Shown: positions 38,476 to 50,360 of the stretch, in pieces
Position numbering within the stretch: the first letter of the stretch is position 1
Layout of the letters: each line of letters opens with the position of its first letter
Origin: the human T2T-CHM13v2.0 reference genome, Homo sapiens
Assembly: GCF_009914755.1 (NCBI RefSeq)
Contig: NC_060925.1
Direction: 5' to 3' (one strand)
Length of the DNA stretch: 64,000 bases
Notes under the pieces: model-generated
What the model saw: the letters and a program-made list of their open reading frames with translations, nothing else
Told to the model about the DNA's origin: nothing
Databases searched by the model: none
Program-made: the position numbers and the translations under genes

Positions 38476-39494
38476 TTGGTGTGTTTTTGCAGTGGCCGTT
38501 ACAAGTTTCTCCTTTCCATATTCAGTGCTTCTTTCAGGAGCTCTTGTAAGGCAGGCCTGGTGGTGACAAAATCCCTCAGCATTTGCTTGTCAGGAAAGGA
38601 TTTATTTCTCCTTCACTTATGAAGCTTAGTTTGGCTGGATATGAAATTCTGGGTTGAAAATTCTTTTCTTTTAAGAATGTTGAATATTGTTCCCCACTCT
38701 CTTCTGGCTTGTAGGGTTTCTGCAGACAGACCTACTGTTAATCTGATGGGCTTCCCTTTGTAGGTAACCTGACCTTTCTCTCTGGCTGCCCTTAACATTT
38801 TTTCCTTTGTTTCAACCTTGGAGAATCTGACGATTATGTGTCTTGGGGTTGCTCTTCTCGAGGAGTATCTTTGTGGTTTTCTCTGTATTTCCTGAATTTG
38901 AATATTGGCTTGTCTTGTTAGGTTGGGGAAGTTCTCCTGGATAATATCCTGAAGAATGTTTTCCAGCTTGGTTCCATTCTCCCCATCACTTTCAGGTATG
39001 CCAATCAAACATCGGTTTGGTCTTTTCACATAGTCCCATATTTCTTGGAGGCTTTGTTTGTTCCTCTTCATTCTTTTTTCTCTAATCTTGTCTTCACGCC
39101 TTATTTCAGTAAGTTGATCTTCAATCTCTGATATCCTTTCTTCTGCTTGATCAAATCAGCTATTGATACTTGTGTATGTTTTACAAAGTTCTTGTACTGT
39201 GTTTTCCAGCTCCATTGGGTCATTTATGTTCTTCTTTAAACTGGTTATTCTAGTTAGCCATTCCTGTAACGTTTTATTAAAGTTCTTATCTTCCTTGCGT
39301 TGTGCTGGAACATACTCCTTTAGCTCAGAGGGGTTTGTTATTACCCACTTTCTGAAGCCTACTTCTGTCAATTTGTCAATCTCATTCTCCATCCAATTTT
39401 GTGCCCTTACTGGAGAGGAGTTATGATCACTTGGAGGAGAAGAGGCATTCTGGTTTTTGGAATGTTCAGCCTTTTTGCAGTGGTTTTTCCTCAT
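38476..39494 (-). pseudogene. Disrupted L1 ORF1
   Basis: MRKN...NASSPP... and LQEIWDYVKRPN...IIQENFPNL...REKGQVTYKGKPIRLT, broken by a stop and a frameshift. Confidence 0.92.
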
Positions 39495-40202
39495 CTTTGT
39501 GGATTTGTCTACCTTTGATCTTTGTGGCTGATGACCTTTGGATGGGGTTTTTGCGTGGGGGTCCTTTATGTTGATGTTGATGTTGTTGCTTTCTATTTGT
39601 TAGTTTTTATTCTAACAGTCAGGCCCATCTTCTGCAGGTCTGATGCAGTTTGCTGGAGGTCCGCTTCAGACCCTGGGTATCACCAGTGGAGGCTGCAGAA
39701 CAGCAAATATTGCTGCTTGCTCCTTTCTCTGGAAGCTTCATCCCAGAGGGCACCAGCCTGAGGCCAGCCGGAGCTCCCCTCTATAAGGTGTCTGTCGACC
39801 CCTGTTGAGAGGTCTCTCCCAGTCAGGAGGCTCCAGGGTCAGGGACCCACTTGAGGCAGTCTGTCCTTTAGCAGAGCTGGTGTACTGTGCTAGGAGAATC
39901 CCTTTTGTCAGGATCAGCTGTTCTCTTCAGAGCCAGCAGGCAGGAACGATTAAATGCGCTGAAGCTGCTCCCACAGCTGCCCCATCCTCCAGGTGCTCTG
40001 TCCCAGGGAGATGGGAGTTTATCTGTAAGCATCTGACTGGGGCTATTCCCTTTCCTTCAGAGATGCCCCTTCCCAGTGAGGAGGAAACTAGAGAAGCAGT
40101 CTGGTCACAGTTGCTTTACCGCACTGTGGTAAATTTGCCCAGTCCACACCTCCCAGCCTCCTTAGCACTGTCAGGGGAAAACCACCTACTCGAGCCTCAG
40201 TA

Positions 40203-40421
40203 ATGGCAGACGCCCCTCCCCCCACCATGCTAGATAGTCCCAGGTCAACTTCAGTACGCTGTGCTGGCGGTGAGAATTTCAAGCCAGTGGTTCTTAGCTT
40301 GCTGGGCTCCGTGGGAGTGGGACCTGCTGAGCGAGACCACTTGGCTCCCTGGCTTCAGCCCCATTTCCAGGGGAGGGAACGGGCCTGTCTCACTGGGGTT
40401 CCAGGTACCACGGGGGTGTGA
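40203..40421 (+). CDS. L1 antisense ORF0-like frame (72 aa); expression unknown
   Basis: MADAPPPTML...SVGVGP resembles L1HS ORF0 (MAGAPPPASL...SVGVGP). It lies antisense in the 5'UTR, with start context GTAATGG. Confidence 0.5.
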   Translation: MADAPPPTMLDSPRSTSVRCAGGENFKPVVLSLLGSVGVGPAERDHLAPWLQPHFQGRERACLTGVPGTTGV

Positions 40422-40639
40422 AAAAAACTTTGGCATTTTATTTCTCTCAATTTTATCCTCATCTATGTATTCATTTTTCTCTTCTTTAATAATTTCTATA
40501 TGTGTACAGCATCTTTGATTCCCTGGAAATTGTTCTTTACTGACATTTCATATTGTTCACTCTTTTTATGATTAATTACAGGTCTTAAAAAATCTAAGCC
40601 TTCTTATATGCATAGCTATATGTGCTATAGAGAAAACTA

Positions 40640-41615
40640 AAGTCGGAAAACGGATAATAAGTAGAGAGAGGGCCTCTGTATAAAGTGACATTTAAGTAAA
40701 GGCCTGATGCAATGATGGAATCACCATGTATTTGGTGTAAGAATTTTCAGGAATATTGAATAGTATATGTCAAGGCTCTGAGGTAGACACATGACTGGTA
40801 AGTTCAAAGAACTGCAAGGAGGCAAATGCTGGAAAAAAAAAAGTTATGAGGAGAGTGGTAGAGGATGAGGTCAGAGAGGAGCCGTGTGGTAATAAAGTTC
40901 ATGTAGGGCCTTGAAGCCATTGTAAGGACTTTGGATTTTACTTGCATGAGTTTGAGAAGCTATTAAGAGGTTCTAAGTTAGAGAAGAGATATGCTCTGAT
41001 TTATATTTGTACAGGATGATTTTGGCTGTTATATTGAAAATAGGCTGAAGATAGGCAAGTGAAGAAGAAGGAAGCTATTAGAATAATACGAGCGCAACTA
41101 AACTAGAGTGGTGACTGTGGAGGTAATGACAAATGGTAAATGTTACAAATGGTAACACATGCAACAGTTTGAGCTTACAGAATATGATGGAGCACTGAAT
41201 GTAGGCTATGAGAAAGAGGGGGAGAGAGAGAGAGAGAGAAGGAGAGAAGGTGATAGGGAGAAGGAGGGAGAGGGAGGGAGGGAGGGAGACAGGGAGAGAG
41301 AGAGAGAAAGAGAGAAAGTTAAAGATGACTGCAAAGTTTTTGGCCTGAGGAACCAGAAAGGTAAAGTTCCCATATTCTGAGATGAGAAAGACTGCAGGAA
41401 GAGCAGGTAGGGCATGCATGTGGGGACCCAGGTATTCAGATTTGGTCATGCTGGTTTGAAATACCTGATGGACATCCAAATTGCAGTATCAACTAAATAG
41501 CTGGGTAGGTGAGTTGAATTTAGCAATTAAGTTCCACTGAAGATGTAGATTTGTATTTACGAATCATGGCATAGAGGTGGTATGTAAAACCATCACACTG
41601 GATGAGATCACCTAA
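40640..41615 (-). mobile_element. L2 fragment containing a GA-rich tract (~41210-41317)
   Basis: GGCCTTGAAGCCATTGTAAGGACTTTGGATTTTAC and AAAGATGACTGCAAAGTTTTTGGCCTGAG. Confidence 0.8.
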
Positions 41616-43034
41616 TGCTGTGCTTTTTTAAACTTTATGGACCACAAGCCACAGAATAAATTTACGCATGTCACATTACAACATGGTAAACACATTCTTC
41701 CATCCTGCCACCCCCAACACACAGATACACATACACTCTGATTCAAAAGTTTCATGAGAAAGGCCAACCTTTACCACATATATTATACTCTGACATTTTC
41801 AGTTATATTTAATTTATTTCATCAAAAATACAGGTCACATTCTTCTAAATTGACTTTACAATGCACTAATGGGTTGCAAGGCCACATTTTGAAAAGTTCT
41901 GGCCTTGGAGATGAATATAACCAGGTCTGAAGAAAAGAGGTTTAGAGTTCATGTTTATAGTTTAGGAAATGAGGAGGAGCCAGCACAGGTGAGACTGAGA
42001 AAGAAAGGTCAGGGAAGTAGGAGGGGAACCAGTCCCACCTGGATGCCACAAGGTCTGTATTCCTGCTCCCAGTCCCTGGCTCTGGTCCTCTCTCACCTTA
42101 CCTTTCCTGGCTGCTCCTCTCTCCCTTCACCCCTTCATCCCATAGATAGGCATGAACATATCCCCCTCACTGCCAAAAGGCTATTGTGTTTAATTGACCT
42201 ATGCTGTATGTTTGGGAATATCATGGTGGGATTACAACACAATGCAGAGACAACAGACAAATGCAATATTAGACATATTATTTTCTTAACATTCCTTCGC
42301 AATCCACAACATAGCAAATTTGTCACTGGTTGCTTTTCTTGTTTAGGCCTTAGGTGGCTCCAAACCACTGTTTCTCTCAGGACTGCCCACCACACGCTCT
42401 TTGCTCGGGCCTCATTTTAGTCTCCTTTCCCCCAGTGTCTAGCCAGGAGAGAATGCCAAAATTCTGTTTATTAAACAAAGAAATATAGCTCTGCCTTTGA
42501 GCTATCTTTCTCTTTCAGACTAAACACCAGGTCTAATTTTACATTAAGTAAAGGCTTATTAAAGTATTTCTAAAGACAAAATAAGTTCTCTCCCCCTAAA
42601 TAATTCTGAATTCCTCTTTGGGAAATCAGCCTAAATATTTACAGCTTTCAAAAACACAAGTTTCCCCACTCCTGGCTTTATATGTCTATTTCTATGTACC
42701 ATGTCATGCTTTTTCAAGCATTGTACCCCAAGAATAATTTTTTTTAAAAAAGAGTTCTATCAGTTGCAACAATTTGATAGAGTACAACAATTGGTGATGA
42801 CAATACGATTTCTATGATATTTGGTCATTTTAATTTTGAAATTACTAATTATACAATTTAATATCAAAATGAGTATATATAAAAAAGTATAATTTTAACC
42901 AAATATTGAAAAATGTATTTTTAAAAATGCCAGCCCACTTAAAACTTAAAAAATCTAACATAATAGTTAATAAGTATATTTAAGGCAGGAAATCTCATAT
43001 CATGACAAGATTAAATTAAGAAAACACAAGTTTG

Positions 43035-43401
<367 letters not shown>

Positions 43402-43582
43402 TTATGTGGTTATAGAACTCATGCCAAAGGAATCAGTAATTGCCCATTACATTAGGAAATACAGTCATAGATTAGGTTTCCAGTTTGTATGTTTAAGCTA
43501 AATTCCACATTGTTTGAATCTAAGGTTGCATCAGCATTTAAAAAAAAAGGTGAAGTGATTATGGAAAATGCTCTTGTTTAGA

Positions 43583-43766
43583 CAGGGGTCAGTCTGGTCT
43601 GCTGCCTGTTTTGTAAATTTTTATTGGAACACAGCAAAACCTATTTGTTTAATATTGCTTCAGGCTGTTTTCACACTACAACTGTTGGATTGAGTAGTTA
43701 CAAAAGATACTCACCCACAGCCCACTGAGACTAAAATGTTTATTACCTGCCCCTTTATAGACAAAG
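43583..43766. mobile_element. MER58A-like hAT element
   Basis: CAGGGGTCAG...TTTTATTGGAACACAGC...CCCTTTATAGA. Confidence 0.7.
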
Positions 43767-43769
43767 AAA

Positions 43770-45425
43770 CAGTACAAGAAGGAATCTCAGAACATCAAGA
43801 AGGAAGAAAGAACACAGTAAACAAAAATATGGGTAAATATATTAGGTTTTAATTCTCCTAGAGTTTTTTCTATTATGTTTGATAGTTGAAGGAAAAATTA
43901 TATTTTATAACTGGCTTCATATGTAGAAGAAATATTTAAGGAAATTACATTATTAACAGGGGAGGATAAAGGGGCACTTTATTTCAACTGGTAAAATGAC
44001 TATGACAGTGGACTGTGATAAGTTATGTATGTAAACATAATACCTAAAGAAACCACTAAAAAAAACTATATAAAAGATATAATTAAAAACTCTAAAGCTA
44101 ATCAAAGAGGAAATGTAAAAACTTCTCTAGCATACCAGACGAAGACAAGAGAAAGAAAACAAAGAAATAACAGAAATGCAAAGCAGAAAACAAAAATTAA
44201 GTGGTAGATTTAAGTCTTAATATATCAATAATTACCTTAAATGTAGTCTAACTATACCAATTGCAAGTCAGAGATTGCACAGTACACTAAAAATTATGAA
44301 AACTATATGTTGTCTACAAGAAACTCACTTAAAATATAATGATATAGGCAGGTTGAAAATTAAAATGGTAGAAAAGGTATCTTACAAACATTAATCAAAA
44401 GAAACAAGTGGCTATATTACTATCAAATAATTTAGATTCAAGAGCAAAGAAAATTGCAAAACAGAGAGATTATATAATTAGGGGATGACTCCATGAAGAA
44501 GACAGAGCAATATTAAATGTAAATGCACCAAGCAACAGAGAAGTAAAATATTTGAAGCAAAAACTGAAAATAACTAGACAAATCCACAATTATAGTTGTA
44601 AACTTCAACACAAGTCTGTCAAAACTGAAAACTAGACAAAAAAAGCAAGACTATAGAATTAAACAACAGCATCTAACAAAATATAATTGACATTTATAGA
44701 ACAATTCATCCAACAGCAGCAGAACTCTTTGCAAATTCCAAAGAAACACACACCAAGATCGACTATATCTTGATCCTAAAATTAAAAAACAGAAAAACTC
44801 AACAAATTTAAAAGAATTGAAATTATACAGTGTGTCCTCTGATCACAATGAAATCAAATTAGAAATAAAAAAAGACAAGGCCGGGTGTGGTGGCTCACGC
44901 CTGTAATCCCAGCACTTTGGGAAGCCAAGGCGGTGGATCACGAGGTCAGGAAATCGAGACCATCCTGGTTAACACAGTGAAACCCCGTCTCTACTAAAAA
45001 TACAAAAAATTAGCCGAGTGTGGTGGCGGGCACCTGTAGTAACAAATTACTCAGCTACTCGGAGGCTGAGGCAGGAGAGTGGCGTGAACTCGGGAGGCGG
45101 AGCTTGCAGTGAGCAGAGATCACGCCACTGCACTCCAGCCTGGGCGACAGAGCGAGACTCCATCCCAAAAAATAAATAAATAAAAGTTTAAAAAGATAAT
45201 AAAAAGTCTTCAAACACTTGAAAAGTAAATAGCATATTTATAAATAATCCATGGGTCAAAGAGGAAGTTTCAAGAGGAAAAAACATTGGACTTAATGAAA
45301 ATTAAAATACAACTGATCAAAATTTGTGGGGCACAACTAAAGCAGTGCTGAGGAAACTTTAGAGCACCAAGTGAATATATTATAAAAGAGAAAAGATCTC
45401 AAATCAATAATCTAAGTGCTCACCT
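43770..45425 (+). mobile_element. Old L1M fragment (inter-ORF region and ORF2 endonuclease region)
   Basis: TGTTGTCTACAAGAAACTCACTT (CCLQETH), AATGCACCAAGCAACAGAG and TCTGATCACAATG (SDH). Confidence 0.8.
44879..45190 (+). mobile_element. AluY inside the L1M, carrying a ~9-bp insertion at 45041
   Basis: AluY diagnostics. CTGTAGT-AACAAATTA-CTCAGCTACTC versus consensus CTGTAGTCCCAGCTACTC. Confidence 0.93.
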
Positions 45426-45854
45426 TGTGGTAGAAAGAATAATGACCTCCCAAACCTGTGAATATGTTTCCCTATGTGGCAAAAGGGAATTTGCAAGTGT
45501 GATTAAGTTAAGGAACTTGAGATGGGGGGATTATCATGGATTATCTGAGATGCAATATAATCACAAGAATCCTTATAAGAAGGCATCAAGAATGCCTGAG
45601 AGGAAATTTGAATATACTCTGCCCTGGCTTTGAAGAGGGAGGAAAGAGTCATGAGCCAAGGAATGCAAGCAGCCTCTAGAAGCTGGAAAAAGCAAGGAAA
45701 CAGATTCTTCCCTGGTGCCTCCAGAAAGAAGGCAGCCCTATTGACACCTTGATTACAGACAAGTGCAATTCTGACACAGAATAGTAAGGAATAAATTTGT
45801 GTTAAGCACTAAGTTTGTGGTAATTTGTTACAGCAGCAATAGAAAACTAACACA
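45426..45854 (+). mobile_element. MLT1 (C/D-like) LTR
   Basis: TGTGGTAG...AATAATG start; GCCTCTAGAAGCTGGAAAAAGCAAGGAAACAGATTC; end GTTACAGCAGCAATAGAAAACTAACACA. Confidence 0.88.
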
Positions 45855-47450
45855 GATTTTGGTTAGGAAGCAGTGTGTAACAAATGCCTAAAAATATGTA
45901 AGTGGCTTATGTATTGGGCAATGATAGAGACTGGAATAATTTCATGGAACACGACAGAAAAACCCTAGATTGCCTTGAGCCGATTGCTAGTAAAAATATG
46001 CATGCTAGTGACACTGCTAATTAGGACTCAGAAAGAAGTGAAGACCATGGTAGAAAAAATATATTGTCTTGGAGAATATAAAAATAATCATAAATAGACT
46101 TTTTATAGAATTATAGATGTTATAGGTATTGACAGTGAGGGCTCAGATAGGAACATGTTATTGAGAGCTGGAGAAAAGAGGATCTTTGTTATATAATGAC
46201 AGGAAGCTTAGTTTAAAAGCTTCTTGCAGTTATGTGGAAAGCAGGATTTCTATGTAATGAATTTGGAAATTTGTTTGGAAATTTGATTTCCAAGCAAAGC
46301 GTTGAAGGTGTGGCCCAATTTCTTCTTGCTTCTTATATTAAAATGTGAGAAGGCAGAGATAAATTAAGGGAAGAACTGTTACATGAAAAGGAAACAGGAC
46401 AAGATGATTTGGCAAATTCTTAGTCTATCCGTGATAATTAATTTTATGTCTCAACTTGACTGGATTAAGGAATATCTAGAGAACTTTTAAATAATTATTC
46501 CTGGGTGTGTCTGTGAGGGTGTTTTAAGAGGAGATTGACATGTAAATCAGTAGACTGAGTGGGGAAGAACTACCCTAAACACAGGTACATAGGTATCTTC
46601 CCTCCCTCTCTCTCCCAACTTCCCTGGAGCTGAGACACTCTTATTTTCCTGCCCTTGGAAAGTCCCTGTTTTGGGACTTCTCAGTTTCTGTAACCACATG
46701 AGCAAATTCCCCTAATAAATCTGTCTGTCTATCTGTCTGTCTGTCTATCTATCATCTATCTATCAATCTAATATATCTATCATCCATCCATCCATCTGTC
46801 TACCCATCTATTTATCCATCCATCCTATTGGTTCTGTCTTTCTGGAGAACTCTGACTAATACACTATCCAAATTGCAAAAAAAAAAAAAAATTCTAAAAT
46901 AGAATTCACTGTCAAGAAAGCATGCTCTGGTGAGAAAGCTAAGGATTGTGGCTAAACAATCTTTTGCTACTACCTTGAAAGGAACAAAATGTCAGAAGTT
47001 ATATAGGGGACTCTTTGAAGAGATTAGATATGTAACTGCTAGATTCCCCTCAGCCATCTTAGCAGATGCCAAAAATAGAACTGAGATTACCTAAAGATGC
47101 CCAGTGGAGTGGGAGTATATGTGTCTCTTTTCTAATGGAGTAAATACACAGGAGACCCACAAGTTTCCCAAGAGTTGTATACCTGCAGAAACACTGCCGG
47201 CTTTGACTTAAATGAACAGATAGAGGACTATGGGACTGTTGGAAAAGACTGTTGGGCTCCCAAAATTCTACAAGCAGGAAACAGGCTAAGGAAAATGACT
47301 CAGCTGAAAGCATATGCTATTTGATGAAAAATGAAGGATGACTCCAACAGCAGTACCTCAAGGCCAGAGACTTAAACACAGAGATTGAAACCATGAACCA
47401 CAGAGGTTTATTCCAAGGCCTGGAAAACTAATGTTGTTTTATTATCTGGA
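45855..47450 (+). mobile_element. MLT1 internal sequence (truncated)
   Basis: Begins GATTTTGGT directly after the LTR. MaLR-internal-like text (CCTAAAAATATGTAAGTGGCT; ATTTCCAAGCAAAGCGTTGAAGG). Confidence 0.75.
46430..46863 (+). mobile_element. MLT2 (ERVL) solo LTR inserted in the MLT1 internal sequence
   Basis: CAACTTGACTGGATTAAGG...CCTATTGGTTCTGTCTTTCTGGAGAACTCTGACTAATACA. 5-bp TSD CTATC at 46425-46429 and 46864-46868. Contains a TCTG/TCTA/TCCA repeat. Confidence 0.88.
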
Positions 47451-48761
47451 TAAACAAAACCCAGCTCCACCACAAATAGTAATGGGAAAAATAGAAAAAT
47501 TATGATACTTTTCAAATGAAATGACGGCACTAAAAGGAAACTATAAAGCTACCTGAAAAATACATAGAAAAAATATTTTCTTTTTTCATATTATAGAACG
47601 TTTATCTATAAAGAGATACAACAAAATAGAAGAACAGAGAGAGCAGAGAAAAATCTCTATTAAGTCAGCTGTCAATACAATTTTCTCCAGTTCTAATATC
47701 AACTACTAAATATCCAAGCCAGGTAACCTCACTACTACAACATAAATTCATGTAGATTTATGAGAAAAATAATCTTTTATTCAAAAATAACTTTCAAGCA
47801 GTCTGAAGAAAAATAACCCAGTGTAAAAGATATTTTAAATATGTCAGCCTCTGTAGAGCTCACTAAAATTTGAAGTGGCTATTAAAAAGAATTTTTATAA
47901 TTAAAATATAATTTTAATGTTGTAAGTGGCAAAGTTTGAAATTTTCTGTTAATGTAATTCACATATATCACTGAAAAGTGGTTAGCATTTAACAATTCGG
48001 CACATTTTAAAAGGATTTACATTTTTGCATAGGTTAGTTAATATCTAAATTCTGGGTACTCTCCAAACAAGCTGGTCATCTCTAGACATCAATCCAAATC
48101 TTGATATTACACATAGGACTATGTCCCCAAAGGCCACACCTTGGAACATTGTTGAATCAAGAGAAAATACCCCAGGAGTTCCCATCTTTCACTTTCCTGT
48201 TGTTCACATAAAGGAATTGTGAGCTGACCAGCTGAATAGGCAGAGAACTTAGGTACACTCCCCATATCTTAGAGCACCCTTGGTTTCACTATGGGATAAA
48301 GACTTAAGTCCTATTTGCTGTTTCAAGAGCAGCAATGTCTACTGGTGGCTGAGCCAGCTCTAGGTTCACCTGGCAACCTTGGCATCTTAGCCTTTGTTAA
48401 CACAGGACTTTATAACCTAGTCTTCCTCAGCTGCTCCCTTAAATTGGAGCCCTGTGGGTTCTTCTTTATTCTCCACAGTCTGTGCTTCCTCCCTAGAGCA
48501 TCATATACCCAACCATTGCTGACCTTTCTCTAACCTATTTTACGACATCCTTAGGAACCTCCAGACCATGTGAATAGAGTTCTTCCATCCTTATTCACAT
48601 TGATGAATGATTTCTCCACTTGTTTCTTTAATAGGAACTAGAATTGCAACTCTCCTCTGAAACATTTGCTCTCTGACCTGGGCCCTATCTTATGGAGGCT
48701 GTTTATTCTTTCATATCTGGCAAGGTCATCTCTGCTAAATTCTCATTGTAGTTGCTTCCAG

Positions 48762-48935
48762 AATAGTGGTTCTGAAAGTGTGGTCTCCAAACCTGGAAAC
48801 TTGTTAGAAATGCAAATTTCTTGGCCCAACACCAGACCTATTGAATCAAAAACTCTGGGGATAGGGCCCAGCAATATGTGTTTTTAACAAGCCTTTTAGG
48901 TGATTCTTACACATACCAAAGTTTGAGAGTTATTG
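48762..48935. mobile_element. MER5-type element
   Basis: AGTGGTTCTGAAAGTGTGGTC...TTGTTAGAAATGCAAATT...GAATCAAAAACTCTGGGG. Confidence 0.8.
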
Positions 48936-48999
48936 GAGAGCTTTACTCTTCTACCCCTGCTTACTTTCCTCATTCTAAATTCATACCATTTTGCTACAC

Positions 49000-50360
49000 C
49001 ATCCTTTACCTCTCCTGGGCTGCGTCATCTAATATTTTTGCCATCATTTACCCACATTCAAAAGTTTTATCTCAACTTCCAAGTCATAATTATCTTGGGT
49101 GACTTCAACGTTTAGGGGATGGTGCGCTCAATGCCCTATCCTCAGAGTTCCTGGACATTATCTACTCATCAATCTTAATCCACAATAGGCTTTAGCAAAT
49201 GACACCCAAGGTCACACACTAAACTTTATCATCATTTGAAGTTATTAAACCTATGAAATCTTAAAATCTGTAACCCCAGCCCTGATTAACACCCTGACTA
49301 TCTCAATTAACACCCAGACTATCCTCCCAATTCTTTACCTCAATGTTATTTATTCTTTCATCCAAAAAGACATCAGATATTTCAGCTCTTCCTTTTTTGA
49401 CTACTGCATTATCCTCTCCTAGCCTCACTCCCTTTGCTTTCTGGACTAGATCTTATGGTACATTACTTCAATTTTTTACTTTCAAACCACTTAATTCCCA
49501 TTCTTTCCCTATGCCTTCTTTATTAAATTTCAACTTGGGTGAGTCCTACATGATAAAATCTTAATTTCTTTTCATGGCATCCACTTTTTCTACTCTTACA
49601 TTTCATCTTCTTGGAGAAAACAACAGGAGTGATAGGTTGACACAGCTAATAGTCTCCATCCTCACCTGGGCTCTGCCTGCAATTTCCTCAGTGGCTATGC
49701 CAATCCTTCACCACATTTAAAACTTTTACTCTCACTCTTCACAGCTGATCATGTCTACTACCTCAAAGGTAACAATGACTCTAAGGTCACCAAAATTCTT
49801 CAAAATGCTAAACCTAATTGACAAGAGGAGAGCTGTGGGACTCTCTCTGGATCTTGCTGCTATCTCTCTGGCCACTCTGACTTGATCTCTTTCACTGGGT
49901 TTCATACTTTTTTACTTATTTGTTTTTTATTGTTGCTCCATAAGACTTCATTTTTCAGCACCCCCTCACTCTGCATACTCTCTCTAGGTGATATCATTCC
50001 TTCCCATCTCTTTCGCTCCTTCCAAATTAATATCTCCAGTGCAGATTCTCCTGAATTCCAGACCTAGATGTCTTGGTGCCAGTAGATATCCTCATCAAAA
50101 TGTCTGACAGGCATTGCAGACTCCACAGATCCACACCTGGTCTCAGTGTCTTCTCCCCCTAAATCTGCTTGCTCTGTTTCCTCTATCTCAGTGAATGGGA
50201 CAACTTAAATAATGCCAAAAAGGAACACAGATGTCATTCCTTTTCTCCTAAGCCCCTCAAAATCCTGCTTATTCTACTCTCTTTACTCACTTTCATATAT
50301 TCCTTATTTTCATTTATCTCTCACATAGTAGTTGCAACAGTACCATAACTGCCCTCCTTG
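49000..50360 (+). mobile_element. Degraded L2
   Basis: TCTTGGGTGACTTCAAC (LGDFN, endonuclease-like) and CTCTCTAGGTGATATCATTC...CCTGAATTCCAGACC. Confidence 0.6.

Larger units (their letters stand above)
36468..40430 (-). mobile_element. L1PA7/8-like element with partial 5'UTR, ORF1, a ~2-kb internal ORF2 deletion and the 3' end
   Basis: ORF1 pieces at 39156-39494 and 38613-39071; ORF2 pieces at 36869-38437; 5'UTR from ~39500 to 40430. Confidence 0.95.

Noticed and set aside
49286-49325. Short two-copy tandem duplications (also ~19272, ~24705, ~26018)
   Set aside because: These look like ordinary slippage duplications, mostly inside old repeats.
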